Part shown: positions 14,295 to 27,999 of the stretch, piece after piece | Numbering within the stretch: position 1 is the stretch's first letter | How the letters are laid out: each line of letters begins with the position of its first letter | Assembly: GCA_030390025.1 (NCBI GenBank) | Contig: CM059432.1 | Location: 22,446,001-22,510,000 of the forward strand | From: Squalus acanthias | Taxonomy: Eukaryota | Reading direction: 5' to 3' | Length of the DNA stretch: 64,000 nucleotides | The notes under the pieces: generated by a model | The model's input: only the letters and a program-made list of their open reading frames with translations | Told to the model about the DNA's origin: nothing | The model's database searches: none | Translations under genes and position numbers: made by a program

Positions 14295-15048
14295 GGCCTG
14301 GATTTTAGCCCGGAGGCGAGTTGGGTGGGGGGGGGGTGGCTGTTTTGAGGTTAGGAAACCTGGAAGAAAGAAGGTCATGTAGGTGTAGTGTGGGAGTGGG
14401 AGGGATCGTGGTGGGGATCGCGGGTGGGGTGGTGTTCCGATTGCGGAGGGGGGGGGATTCCCGATCACGGGTACTCCCAATCACGGGGAGGGGGTTCCGA
14501 TTGTAGTTGGGGGTTTCTGATCACGGGGTGGGGGTTTGATGTTGGTTGGGGGGAGCAGATGGTGGTCGGGGGTAGTAGGTGGTGATTGGGGATTCCGATG
14601 GTGGTCAGCGGATCCGATGGTTGAGGGGTGTGGGGGGGAGCAGACAGATCGTGAGGGGGATGGGGGCAGGTTTACTGAGTAGCTTTTTGGGCCTGGAGGA
14701 AACACTCCTGCTCTCCCGGCCCACAAGCAGTGCTGTAAAGGTACTTTCCTCATGGATTCTGCCCTTCTCGCCTCCTTTCAGTTGCCGGGTTTCCTGAGGC
14801 TCGGGAAAATCGGCCGACTTGAGTTAAAAATAGATTCAGTTTTAAAATGAAGGCAGGCAGTCTTAGTATAATATTTAAATGACCAACCCACCTCCCGCGA
14901 GCGAATTGGTCGCCCACCCTTCGTCTCGCCTCCATTAAAGCCTGAAGTGAGCGGGCTCGAGGTGGGTTGTGTTCCTTTTGCAGATTTTTTGAATTTTAAC
15001 CTCTGACCCGACACCAACCCACCGTTTTTGGGAGTTAAGATTCAGCCC
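14295..15048. mobile_element. Non-autonomous TIR element (MITE-like) with a G-rich interior
   Basis: Ends GGCCTGGATTTTAG / TTAAGATTCAGCCC; flanks ATA/ATC; a second copy lies at 48370-50367. Confidence 0.7.
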
Positions 15049-15894
15049 ATCATTTCCTTCCTTGTTGTCATCGACTGGTTTCTGCCTCTACTAGTCAACA
15101 AGCCAATCTCCCTTTCTCTCTCTGCTCTCAATCTCTGCCAGGCTCTGGTTGAGTGTCCTATACTATGTTCTAGAGGGTCTCATTCGTAATTACTGAGTTG
15201 GCTGATATACCCTTCTGACCATGATAAGGATGCCATCTTGAGCTATGAGTTTTTTTATACTTGTTCTCAGGATGCGTAGATGTTGGCAAAGTTGCATTTA
15301 TTACCCATTCCTAATTGTCTGAACGATGTGATGGTGGGCCTTCTGCTAGCGATTGCTTTCACAACTAGGCCACTTCAGACGGCATCAAGGATCAACCACA
15401 TAGTGTGGGACGAAAGTCACATGTCGGCCAGACTGGGTAAGTATGGCAGGTTACCTATCCTCAAGGACATCAGTAGGGTTTTTTTTTAACAACAATCTGG
15501 CAGCTGTCATTCTGGGACCAGCCCAAAAATTACAAGATTTATTGGGTTTGACTTTGGATGATAGGATGTCAATAGAGATGAAAATCTGGAAAGATATATG
15601 ACGAGCGACTGATCTGATGTCGCCTGTTTTCCACTATGGCCCAAAGTCAAAATTACTCCCATTGAATTCAAGCCAATTTCAAAACTTACCATGACTTCTG
15701 GATTGCTTATCTATTATCATATGCCCTACACCACATACCCACAATAAAGAAGTCAAAGATTTTTCTAAACAAAACTAGAGGACTTTCTTTTATGTGCATA
15801 TATGTTTCCCAGCATCACTCTGGCCAAATCTGCATTAAACTGTCACAAAAATATTCAGGTATCCACCATAGACACTTCAGGAAAGAGAAAGAGA

Positions 15895-16348
15895 AAAAGA
15901 AACACTTGCATTTATATAATGCCTTTCATGACCCCAGGATGTCCCAAAGTGCTTCACAGCCAATGGTGTACTTTTGAAGTGTAGTCACTGTTGTAATGTA
16001 GGAAAGGCGGCAGCCAATTTGCGCACAGCAAGCTCCCACAAACAGCAAAGTGAAAATGATCAGATAATCTGTTTAGTGATGTTGGTTGAGGGATAAATAT
16101 TGACGAAGGACGATTCCCCCTGCTCTCCTTTGAAATAGTGCCATGGGATCTTTTACGTCCACCCGAGAAGGAAGACTGGGCCTCGGTTTAACGTCTGATC
16201 CAAAAGATGGCACTTCCAACAGTGCAACACTCCCCCAGTACGGCACGAGAGCATCAGCCTAGATTTCTGTGCTCAAGTCTCTGGAGTGGGATTAAATCCC
16301 ACAACCTTCTGAATCAGAGGTGGGAGTGCTATCACTGAGCCATGGCTG
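15895..16348 (-). mobile_element. Near full-length tRNA-derived Deu-domain SINE (SacSINE1/AmnSINE1-like core)
   Basis: tRNA-like head near 16290-16348; Deu core GTGGACGTAAAAGATCCCATGGCACTATTTC; 3' tail resembling the L2 ends in this window. Confidence 0.8.
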
Positions 16349-19300
16349 ACGCCCAATGTTATGTCTAAGTCCTGATAAGATAGCAATTAAAATAAATTTC
16401 ATACTTATTTTATTGCTCATATTTTTAATTGGCAGATTGTTGGTGGTTGACTTGTTTGTGATTCTGCCACCATCGATGTTAATTAAGATAAACTGCACAC
16501 CTTTGGTCTCTAAAATAAGAAGCTGCTGAGAAGAGCAATATGTGATGACATGTCCTCCCATCTCAACAAGAACAGCAATGTGTTTCAAATGTAGTAGCTG
16601 AGCCCTCCAGTGGCTCAGCTTATGAAGACATTACCCAAGGTGCATCTTAATCATACAGACCCAGGCCCGGAATTTCCACAGGGCCAGCGGTGCACTCTTG
16701 GCATAATTCAGTTGTGTGGTGGCAGAGAAATCAGCCGGGACCCGAATACATCCAGGCTGCAAGATTCTGTCAGGGACCATCTTGGGGCGGAATCGCCATC
16801 CACCACAAACATGATCCTTGAGGAGGACAGAGCTGGGGAGGGGATTGCCTCACTAGGACATTCCTCACTCCAGGCCTTCTTAATGCCAGGTGACCTGGAC
16901 ATCAGGAAGAAGCAGGCATGTAAGTCTTCTGAACAGCAGAAGTCGGGCCCACCTGCATCTCCAGGCTAGGGTCCTGGACTGGATGACTTTAGAAATTGTA
17001 ACTTTGCCTGATCAGGTGGCGTTCATAGAAAGTATTCTCCTATTCTGCTATATGGCAGCACTTGTGACAGGAGCTCGCCAGCGGCTCTGGTGATCCGCCA
17101 ATCCAGTGCTGTATCTCCCACATCTTCTCCACTGGCAGGTGCCTAAAGTGCACCCATGATGGCACAGGCACTCACTGATCGTATTCTAATCAAATGACCT
17201 TGGATATTCGGCAGAATCAGGAGACAAATTCGCTGGTGCCAACTCTGTGGCATTTTTTCCAGTGGAGTGGAGCCGAGGATTCTCAGCCCAGCAAGGTACT
17301 GGGTGTGATGCCCAGTCTGTGCTGAGCAGGGGTACTTCAAATTGTCCTCAGTGCCCCTTAGCCTAGGGAGGGAGCATATCAACCAGCACGTGGGCAGACA
17401 TTGGGTGAGGACTGGACTGAAGCCAACTGTGATGATTCTCAAGCTCAAACAGCCTGCTGACACTCACTGTGTTAACTCATGCTAGAAAAATACTTCGACA
17501 AGACTCTCATTGAATGAGTCTATGGTTTCTCAGCTTTCTGGTAGGGAGGGGAATAATTCTAACATAGAATTATATGGAATTTTGCTGCATAGAAACAGGC
17601 CATTCAGTCCAACAGAGTCTATGCTCCACACGAGCCTCCTCCCACCTTACTTCATCTCACCCTATCAACATATCCTTTTATTCCTTTTCCCTCACGTACT
17701 TCTCTCGTTTCCCCTTAAATGCTTCAAATTCTGGGGTTGGGGGTAACGTGTGTGGGGAAGGAATATGCACTAAATAAAGAAGACCAGTGCTGAGAGGAAA
17801 TATTTTCATAAATTTTCATCTTTATTGCTCCTGATGCAGAGCTGAAGACTAAAATTAACCCTAAAATCTCTGATGTCCACTGATTGTGTTAAAGAAAAAG
17901 GACAACATTGATCTTTGTTTCTACTTTATAACTTAAAAATATCCCATTTTTATTTTAAAATTCTCTCTAACACAACAACGAACATTTCTATTGTCTTTCT
18001 CATGTACCGAGGGTTACCTCAAGTGAAAGTGGATAAAAAGTCAAACATAAGCAGGAGGGAGAAAGAAAACGAGGGTTGGTGGACGAGGAAGGTGTAACCG
18101 AAGAGACGGGTTTTAAGGGGTTCAGAAGGGAAAGGGGTGAAAAGTCAGAGGTGCTGAGGAATAGAGTTCCATAGTGGCTGAAGGGGCCGTTGGCTCATGT
18201 AGGAATGGAGGGTATAACCACCCAAAAGGAAAAAATCAGCTTTGTCAGCAATAAATGATGAGCAACTTTTGTTGGAAATGTTTTAATTTGTGCTTTGACA
18301 ATGCTGAGTAGTGTGCAGGTCTGCAGCTTTTAAACTTTGTCAATTTATTTTGCTGTTACTTTTGAAATGTGACAGATTTATGTTTATGCCGATTGTCTGC
18401 CACAAAACCTATTTCAAAAACATGCTGAAAATGTAGAATGCTTCAGTTGCTGCAGTATTTGTGAGTAGGGAGCTAAGGAAAGCCCTCAGTTGCCTTAACA
18501 TTGTGCTTCAGCTAGGAGCTTAATTAAACCCGTCGGGTCCAGTAAGGTTTGGGAATGGATCTCTCTAAGGCAATGAGGCCCATTTGACAGTTTTAGCAGT
18601 GTAAGAGTAAATTTGCCACTGCATTCCCAGCACAGAGCATCGCATGCCAGGAGTGCAAATCAGAATATTGGACTTGGAAGGTTGAACAGAAATGGACAGA
18701 AAGTTAGACGGTTTGTGTACTGGGCACACGATCACCCTAGGCAATATATACTGCTGTAGTGCCTGATGCACAAAAGTAGAAAATTTCCCCTTTAATTATA
18801 AGAGTTGTAATAAAGTGTAATTGTATATCTGTCTATCAGAGGGGTCTATTCACAGATGCAGTGCAGCTATTTGGTAAACTCTTTCTTGGGCCTTGTAAAT
18901 CCATAGGTGATTGTGTACTGTTGCAACAGTGGGAGTGAAGGAGAGATTGTTATCTCATCCATGTGCGGTTTTTCCTTAGTTTCTTCAGAACTCTGCTATA
19001 TGCAGACAAGTTTCTCCGCATTTCTCTGCATTACATTTCATCTGCACAATCTACTAACTTGTCTATGTCCTCCTGAAGTCACTTACAATCTTCTTCACAA
19101 TTAACCACGCATCCTGCTTTTGTGTTGTCTGCTAATTGAGCCGGCAGGCATTACATCTTGGTATTCAAGGGTCACGCCCATGCACACTAGAGCTGAAAAA
19201 CGTAGACAAGCAATCAGAGAACCCCGTCCCAGTGATCTTATGAATGTGGGAGCTGTGGTTGGAAGACTTAGCCAGGCACATAAGTAGACCCACCAGGAGG

Positions 19301-20924
19301 TACAGTGGATGGATGTACGCTGGCAAAGAAGGACTGTGCTAAGAAGGAAAAGAGGCAAAACAAAAGATTTGTGTATGACTTTCGATCATCAAAGTGAGAC
19401 CCTAATGGACATTTGAGACCCTAATGATAATATTGGCCGTGCCATTTCCACATTGGGCAGCCAGTAAAATCTGAGATTTAAAGTTACCACAGTCCTGAGA
19501 ACCACAGTGACTGATGGAGGCCTGTCGGTGGCAAATTCAAGCAAGGAGTAAAGCAAAGACAATAATAGGGAATTGTAGTTCACTCCTTACTGGAGGAGCA
19601 CATAGAACAGGACAGTTTTAAGGCTGTCCCCATGACCACAGAACTCCGCCCTTACAATTAAATCTGAGAATTCAAATCTCTCATGCTCCTGGGAGCTGCC
19701 CAATTCAATCACCATGGCGTCCCAGGCCACGGGATGCTTAAATATACATTGTGCATTTACAGGATGCCTCAGTTCTGCTTCCCCAGTTTTTCTGAGGTTG
19801 TTGCTTATGCCTAAATCTCAAATTGTGGCACCTTACTACATTTGAATAGCCCAATATTCTTTTTTCAACTACCCTGCCTAGCACATTATTTCAAGCATAT
19901 ACTTCTATTTAAATGAAGAAGATCTTCCTGATCTAAATAAATGGATTGAGCTGAACGGTCATATTCATCCACGTGCAACAGACCCCTGGATGTGTATCGT
20001 CTATTTATTTACTCTCGTGCTTCTCCACATGAGATTCATTAAAGTGATGACAAAAAGAGAGGACAGAATTTAAAGATGCTCCAATTTTCTTCTGAGAATG
20101 CATGTCAAACTGGAAAATTAGCAAATGCTGACCACCGACTAGAAAAAAGCTGACACAGCCTGTTAAAGCTGACAACCTGAAAACAACCCTTAATGTAAGT
20201 CTATGACATGTAAAACAAGTATTACACTGAAAGTGCAGCGAGTCAGACTTTTCATAAATGAAGGCATACCCAACAACCCATCACTTGTCTTGCAGAGAGA
20301 AAACTATTAAAGTATGTGAAATTAAATGTTGCATTGACTGATTTAAACATTCCGGGAGAAAGATTTGAGCACTGAAGGCATAAGATTTATTTTTTGTAGA
20401 GGAGTTTGTAGACATGAACTTTGCTGCCCCCTCCTCAAAAAAATTTCAATCTTGGTCATTTTTCAGGATATATTTTATAGATATCAGAAACATTTTATGA
20501 CTTGCATACTACTTCACAAGACAAGCTAATGAGCAAAGCCCCTTGCCTTCTGAGTAATTTAACAAAAAATAGACTGTTAACAAAGCCAGCAAAGAAGATG
20601 ACATTAAGAAATGTTACGAAACCTACTACAGATCATTAGCTATTACAAACTTAAAGTCACAATTGCCATTTTTCAATCTGCAAGTTTACAAATGTTGTAT
20701 CTCTGTTGCTGTCTTTATTCTGATTTCTGCAGTGTAAATAGGATGGATTCCAGAGCAGTGTTACCATGGCGTTAACAGCAAGAATAAAACCTAACCTTAA
20801 ACTAGTTTTTTTTTGAACCAATGCTTTCTCAAGAGAACGATATTTCATTTATTACGAATGATTGAAAATGTGCAGCTTTAAATTTCACTTCTCAAATATT
20901 CATTTTGGTGGCATAACAAATAAA

Positions 20925-21664
20925 GAACTCGCGTTTCTGCTTTGGGTGCAATCGGTGATTCGGGCGCAAATCGCCCTCAAAATTGCGCTAGTTTTAAGAC
21001 GTTTCTGCTAAAACTCATTTGCATATCGCGGAATGTTAAATCTTCCATGAACCAGCGCAATCGGGCAGTGTTTTAGCATGTAATTCTTTAAAAATAAAAA
21101 TCCTTTAATAAATATTAATTGATATATTTAAGAGTGGGAACCTGGTGCAGTTTTATTAATACAGCTAAAGATGGGTTTATCACAAAAAATACGCATTTTT
21201 TATCAGAGAATCTAATTCACCACTTGTTAGTAACCCAATTTTAAATAACTGAAAATTACTTAAAAAACACTATACAGAACCATTTAATAGTTCCATTGGT
21301 ATGCAGTAGTCAGTTTCTTAGTAAATTAAAATATATATATTTAAAAGCTTTTAAAAGGTGCCTATTAGTGTCCTTGTGCCTAAAATAACAGATTAATTTT
21401 TGAGCCACCTGAAGGCCCGCAAACGGGCGCAATTAGCGGAAACTTGCAATGGTGATTAATTCGATCTGGGGCCGTGGCCAGTTTTGCGGGCAGGGCTGGC
21501 TTCTAGCGCGATGTATTTTAAACTAACGCAGAAGATCGCGGAAACTAGATTTGCGTTGGATGTAATTTTTGCACTTGAAATTCCGCGATCTTTTGTGCTG
21601 GTTTGGCTGATTTTGGGTGTTTTGCACTGAAAATAACATCGCAACTGAGCGGAAACTCCTGCCC
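20925..21664. mobile_element. MITE-like element with CpG-rich ends and an AT-rich core
   Basis: Right end GCGGAAACTCCTGCCC; left end is a degenerate inverted match; layout resembles the other MITEs here. Confidence 0.5.
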
Positions 21665-21771
21665 ATCGTCTTTTACAGCCTCAGGACATCCCCAAGACAG
21701 TGCTGAGCAGTAGAGTGGTAGGCGGTCAACCAGGACAGTGTTGTTCAATACATTAGCCACTAGCCATATGT

Positions 21772-22005
21772 TGAGAGGTCGCACAACACCAGGTTATAGT
21801 CCAACAGTTTTATTTTAACTCACAAGCTTTCGGAGTTACAACTCCTTCGTCAGGTGAAGTGAGGAGATCTCCTCACTTCACCTGACGAAGGAGTTGTAAC
21901 TCCGAAAGCTTGTGAGTTAAAATAAAACTGTTGGACTATAACCTGGTGTTGTGCGACCTCTCAATTTTGTCCACCCCAGTCCAACACCGGCATCTCCGCA
22001 TCATG
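21772..22005 (+). mobile_element. Penelope-like element terminal fragment forming a perfect 194-bp palindrome with hammerhead cores
   Basis: 21771-21964 is a perfect inverted repeat centred on GAGA|TCTC; CTGACGA...GAAA core; flanking duplication ACTAGCCATATGT at 21759-21771 and 22006-22018. Confidence 0.8.
21878..21915 (+). ncRNA. Minimal type I hammerhead ribozyme motif (mirror copy on the - strand)
   Basis: TCAC-CTGACGA-A-GGAGTT-GT-AACTCC-GAAA-GC-TT-GTGA: stem I TCAC/GTGA, stem II, and a palindromic AAGCTT stem III. Confidence 0.7.
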
Positions 22006-23179
22006 ACTAGCCATATGTGGCTAATTGGGAATCCAGATGTGGCTAATTACATTGTAAATAAAAAAAATGAGTAATAGGCACCATCGTTGGGCATGTGATC
22101 TCAATACTCAAATTCACCCAGTGTATCTATGTGTACTTTAACCTTTTTTGGTAAAATGGTAAGATGAAGGGCAGAGTGTGCGAGTATTTTTTGATCGTTG
22201 TGTGTGCTTTACTTCCTTGGTTATTGCTTATGGGTTATCTGCTAAAATGAGGTGTAACACGGGTGAAAACACCGGGCTTCAGCACCATGGAACCACCGGC
22301 AACATTGTACGGAGAGGGGAGCTGTCACCGTGGTCAGCACGACCAATTGGAATAACCGCTCCAGGCCGGCAGAGGAAAGCAAGTCCAACCAATAAGGAAC
22401 AGCTCCAATAGGGCACGTCATGTCAAAGGGCAAGCAGCATCCAAGTGCATTCTGGATGGAGAGCAGGGGCGGGTCTGACAGGTTTCATTGTATGAGTCAA
22501 CATTCCCAGGAATCCCTCTGATGAAGTCAAAGTACTGCTCGCAACTGCAGGACAAAATCCTAGAGGCTGCACTAAGATGTGGTGTGTCTATTAAATCCGT
22601 GCAAAAATTCCAACCCTTGGTGAAACAGAATGACGGCAAAGTTTCACACTGAATGTGGAATATGTTTTTTAAGTAAATATACATGTGAAGTATAATTACC
22701 TGCATTGTATGTAAGGCCTTTTCCACTAAAACTAGTGCATGAGGCTAAAACGATGTTGCCGTAGCATGCCTGTGGCTAGTCGACGATTTCTATTGGACAA
22801 CACTGAACGCGGGTCATCAAGCTGTCACAGCCAATTAATTTACTTCTGAAGTATAGTCACACTTATAAAGGAGACACTACAAACTATGAAGCTACAGCAA
22901 AATTGTTAGTAGCTGTGTAATATGCATCCTTTTACGAGCTGTTACATTGGATGAGTACAAACCCAATCGTTTTTCAGCTAGTAATAAGAGACTGGCAATT
23001 TGTTAAAGGGGAAGTGGACAAATGATAGAAAAATGTTAGCACTGACACTGCAGCTACCTTGTTTTGGAGAAAGCCTTCTCACACTCCAAGCTGAAAGAGG
23101 CAACTTGGGGGTGAAAGATTTGAAAACAGTCAGAAAAGGGAAGGCTCCAAGACCTGGATAAAGAAGCAATAGAATGCTA

Positions 23180-23585
23180 GGCAATAACAACAATAACGTG
23201 CATGTACAGGGCACCTTTAACATAGTAAAAGGTCCCAAGGCGCTTCACAGGAGTGTTATCAAATAAAATTTGACACTGAGCCACATAAGGAGATATTAGG
23301 ACAAGGGGGAAGCTTGGCCAAAGAAGTAGGTTTTAAAGAGTGTCTTTAAGGAGGAGAGAGAGGTAGAGGGGCAGAGAGGTTTAGGACAAGAATTCCGGAG
23401 TTTAGTGCCTAGGCAGCTGAAGGTATGGCCGCCAATGGTGAAGCGATTAAAATCGGGAATGTGCCAAAGGCCAGAATTGGAGAAGTGCAGAGATCTCAGA
23501 AGGTTATGGCATGCAGGAGAGTACAGAGATAGGGAGGGGCAAGGCCATGGAGGAATTTGAAAACAAGGATGAGAATTTTAAAATT
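23180..23585 (-). mobile_element. L2-type LINE 3' end
   Basis: Closely similar to 12710-13120. Confidence 0.8.
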
Positions 23586-23871
23586 TTAAAGGCACTCAAC
23601 CGGGGTCATCAAGCTGTCTTTTAACTGTTTAGTTATCCTTTGTTGGTTGTATTCTCTTTGAAACCCATCCATAATAAACTGGTGTTTGGGATGCTTGTGC
23701 AACAGGGCATGGCTCATCTACAATAAATCAAGATATATCGAATCTTTGATTTTACAATTGAAGATCATGAGCTCCGCCATAAATTAACAGAACTCTGACT
23801 GCTGCTCAGGTGAATGGGGCAATTAACCATTGGGATAGAGAGAGAGAGAGACTCAGGACCAAACACAGAAC

Positions 23872-24008
23872 TTTCTGATGAAAGGTCTTCGACCTGAATC
23901 GTTAACTCGGTTTCTCTCTCCACAGATGCTGCCTGACCTGTTGAGTGTTTCCAGCATTTTCTGTTGTTATTTCAGATTTCCAGCATCCGCAGCATTTTGC
24001 TATTGTTT
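23872..24008 (+). mobile_element. Penelope-like 3' fragment with a degenerate hammerhead core (family 2)
   Basis: CTGATGA-AAGGTC-TTC-GACCT-GAATCGTTAAC followed by the CAGATGCTGCCTGACCTG tail shared with the copies at 26368 and 33800. Confidence 0.6.
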
Positions 24009-26367
24009 TAATGTCATTAGGCTGTTTGACTGTGAGCACCCTCACAGTTGAACCCAAACTTGATATCCATACCACACTCACACGTGCATGTGCATGCTTG
24101 CATGCCCAATCACACGCACATGCTCAGGATAGTTATCAGGAACCTAGCCTAGTGGCACTTCAGCTGACTGCACTGCCCCTGCAGATGTCCTATCTGTGAT
24201 CAGCTACTTAGCTTGGACCATGTTTGAACCTGGGACTTCCTGATCTGCATGACTAACTATAACTATTAGAACTGTGCTATTACTTACTAAGCCAGGGGAT
24301 GCTCGATTTCTAGCTTTTAATTACTTTTTATTTTATAGATTTTCTTATTGGTGAGGACAGGGAATACTTTACAGAGGAGGTTATGGTACAGAGAGCCTTC
24401 TGAGGAAGGTCATAGTCATCTTGTTGCAAAATCCGCTACCACAAACTTCAAAACATCTGTATCGTCAGGAATTTTTTGCTTGCATATTAAAACATTACTC
24501 TTCCCAGAAAGTCAATGCTGCTCAAAGAACTGACAGCTTGGTAACAGCACTGATAATAGCAGACAGGGCAAATTTTCAGAGATTTGTATTAAACTTTGAG
24601 GTTTTTTTTCCAGCATCAAAAGCATGTGAACCACTCAGGAAAATGCTATTGCCATCATTTTTTAAATGATATGTAAAGATATTAATTCAGACCCACAATA
24701 TGAAATGATAAATTAAGCACGAAAATGCTCACATATTATGCTGACTGTAGAAATGATGGTATTTACATATTACATAGACAGCAACTATGTAAGTTTTTTG
24801 ACGCACATTATATTTTTCTCTCTCGAACTGCTCATTTGCAGTGTTAATTAATCTCATAATTGCTGCATTTGAGAAATAAATCACTTCTAGGATTGAAAGA
24901 CCATTTCTGTTGATTAAACCAAAAATAACCAGCAAAAGCCGTGGACTTTGAAATGACCAGCGAACAAATAACGCATTCATCTGAAATCCCCCCACCCCTT
25001 CTATTCTAGCAACACTTTTAACCCATTCATTTGAAATGGGTTAACATCTCCACTGAAATAGCAGAGAGAGGTGTTTCAGACAATAGGAAATTGTATGCTA
25101 ATGTCCTATGCGTCATTTCAAAGCCTATTTCTTTTTTCCTTGTAGGGAACTACTGAAGCTTCATATCTGCTGCAGCAGGATTTCATAGTTCCTGCTTGAT
25201 ATCTAAAATAAATCTGGAACATGCAACATTGATGCTCTTTGCTGGCTTTTGTGATAAACTCCAACTGGGAAGTTCCTTTGAGTCAAATTTACTGCTCACA
25301 ACACCAACACTATTTCCCATTTGTTGCTCGAACCACACCTATTTTATCCCTCCGCTCCCTAAAGGTGCTGACTCATTCCACATATGGTCTGTAGCGTAGT
25401 CATCCAGCCGCCAGAGGGAGAACTAGGTATCATGCTCAGACTGTATGAATCAATGGGTTTCCCTGCAAATAAAAGAGAAACATGACATTCTGACAATGAC
25501 AATGGTTCAAAAATATTAATGAGAGATTCATGAATCAGTTCTGGGGAAATAATGATGCATTTAGGAGGAACAGATATGATTAATTAACTCATGTAGGGTA
25601 TGCATGCTTTGCCCAGCTGTAGGCTAATGTATGGAATGAGTCAATAACCATGGAGCCATTGTATCCCAGGTATTGGTACCCAACTGAGTAGTAATATAAT
25701 TCTACTAGCAATATGGCCTCAATATCAACATCAATTCGGGTCTCTCTTTCAGGAAAAGGAGGTTCCCCATCGTACCTAAAGGACTAAGTTGTTCAAAAGT
25801 TTGCATGTTATATGTTAGAATGTCTGTTTATTTGTTTTTTACAGATAAGCTGTCAGTCTATCTTAAAGGAAGGGAGGGATGTAGTGCATTCATCCAGGTA
25901 CTAGAGGGAGAACTAGGTGTTTTCCATTGGCGCAAGGACCATGCTGTGATTGCAAGAATTAAGGGCTTTTCCTGCAAATAAAAATAAGTATTGAAAAGAC
26001 AAACACGATATATAGTTCCACAAGTATGGACCCTTCCTTTGATACCTCACCCATTGCCCTCACAATAGTAAGTGCATGCCAACAGGTTAGATTCATACTG
26101 GGTAAATCAGTTAGCCTGCAAGATGGAGTTTGCAAGCTAACAGGAGCTACAGAATGTGAAGTTATGGGGTGACTGCACGACCAGCAGGGAGCTGTGCTCA
26201 TGGATCAGAGACAGGGCTACAATATTGGAACCCAATTCTTCAACCCACACAGCCTGTGAGGGCAAATTGCCACCTCGTTTCCAACTGTAATGTTCTTTAG
26301 CATTTAATGCTAGATTATTTGGAATCCTAACACAGTACAATATCAGGAATGCACATCATAACTTCTT

Positions 26368-26602
26368 ACAAAAAGAAAATACTGCAGATGCTGGAAATCT
26401 GAAATAAAAACAGAAAATGCTGGAGACACTCAGCAGGTCAGGCAGCATCTGTGAAGAGAGAAACAGAGTTAACGTTTCAGGTCGATGACCTTGCGTCAGA
26501 ACTGGAAAAAAGGAAGTGGAACAGATTTTTAAGCGAGTGTAGGAGCTGGGAAAGGGGGGAGGGGATGAAAGAACAAAAGGGAAGGTCTGTGATAGGATCA
26601 TA
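26368..26602 (-). mobile_element. Penelope-like 3' fragment (family 2) with a 15-bp TSD
   Basis: TSD ACATCATAACTTCTT at 26353-26367 and 26603-26617; hammerhead-like CTGACGC...GAAACGTTAAC on the - strand. Confidence 0.65.
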
Positions 26603-27999
26603 ACATCATAACTTCTTGTTCTGTTTCAGATTTCTAGTGCTTGTGCTTTTCCTTTCATCTCCACTAAAATTATTTGTAGCCTGATTTATTTTCTTTCTGG
26701 AAGAATCCTGTAAAACTCAAGACTTTACAACTTTTCCACTTAAGTATTTTTTTTATCATCCATCCTATGGAACCAGCACACCATGAAATGCACACATCAT
26801 CTATAAACTAGCCTGTGGATGTTTTTGAAAGCCTTTATAAAGTTAATGAAATTGAACATTAAAAATTGCTGAAAATCCATTTAATTCAGGGTATTGCGCA
26901 ACATGAAAATTTGATCTATGCATGAGTGAAGTTTCTGAAATGTCTGACTGCCCTTCTGTTAATACAAATTGTAGTGCTTTCTCAAGTGGTTCAGGGTTAC
27001 TTTTAATATAAGGCCTCATCCAGCGCATATGGAATAACCCTGTCCCAATCTTCATATTCAGCTGGCATTCCTTTCTTCGGGGTATTTGAATGCAATTCTG
27101 CGCAATCATTTTGGAGAACGGTTGTTCCTTCCATAGCCTTGAATATTTTCTTTCTCTCCCCACTTCTGCTGAAGGTTCTGATTCGCGATGGAGTACGGTT
27201 TTACGTGTGCCTCTAGCCCCTCTCTTGCCTTGTTCAATTGGCCATTCTTCACATGTGAGGCTTGACAATGGTGTTGCCAGGTTGCACAGTCATACAGGGC
27301 ATTGAAGGCCAAGCCTGGTCCTTTTTTCATCCAACTTCCACGTGAGGACACTTCCCAACAGGGGCCACTAGAGAAGAGTCATGAACACTAACCTTGGCTC
27401 ATTTTTTTACCATTTTCGTTTAACAGTGCTGAGACCTATTGTAGCTCTCCAGCTCAAAACCAAATAAGACCACATATGAGGTCCTCCTCGTCTGCATGAT
27501 TCAATGCCACAACCACTGTTGCCTTAACCCACTAGGCCATCAAGTCCAGTAAATCATTCCTAGTCTCACTGTGACTTGATTTTAATATTTCTGCTGAAAT
27601 TTCTTTTAATTGCACCTGTTTTTTTTTGTTCTTTAACTCATTGATGGTTTGTATCATTATAACTGCCTATTAATCAATTTAATAGTTTAGCTCTGGCATG
27701 TTCTGGATCTCATTACAGGTTGCTGGCATTTCTGGTTGTGGTTAATCAGGGAAGATTACGGAACAAAACTGGGAATAACAAACTGACAGCGCTCTTTGAA
27801 GTTATTAGTGTTTGGTGTACATCTATGACTGGATAGTCATTATAAAGCTGATAAATAGTGAACCAGGATAAAAGAAGATACAGAAGTTGAATTTCTTTGA
27901 AACGTGCCGTACAAGTTGGCCTGAAAAAAAAAAATCAGCATTAGCTGATCTCCAGTGGCATTGCTCATTAGTACTCTGAGGCTCAAGGCCTCCCTTAAT

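Noticed and set aside
26843..27351. Overlapping ORFs in non-repetitive-looking sequence
   Set aside because: They have no recognisable domain or splice structure.
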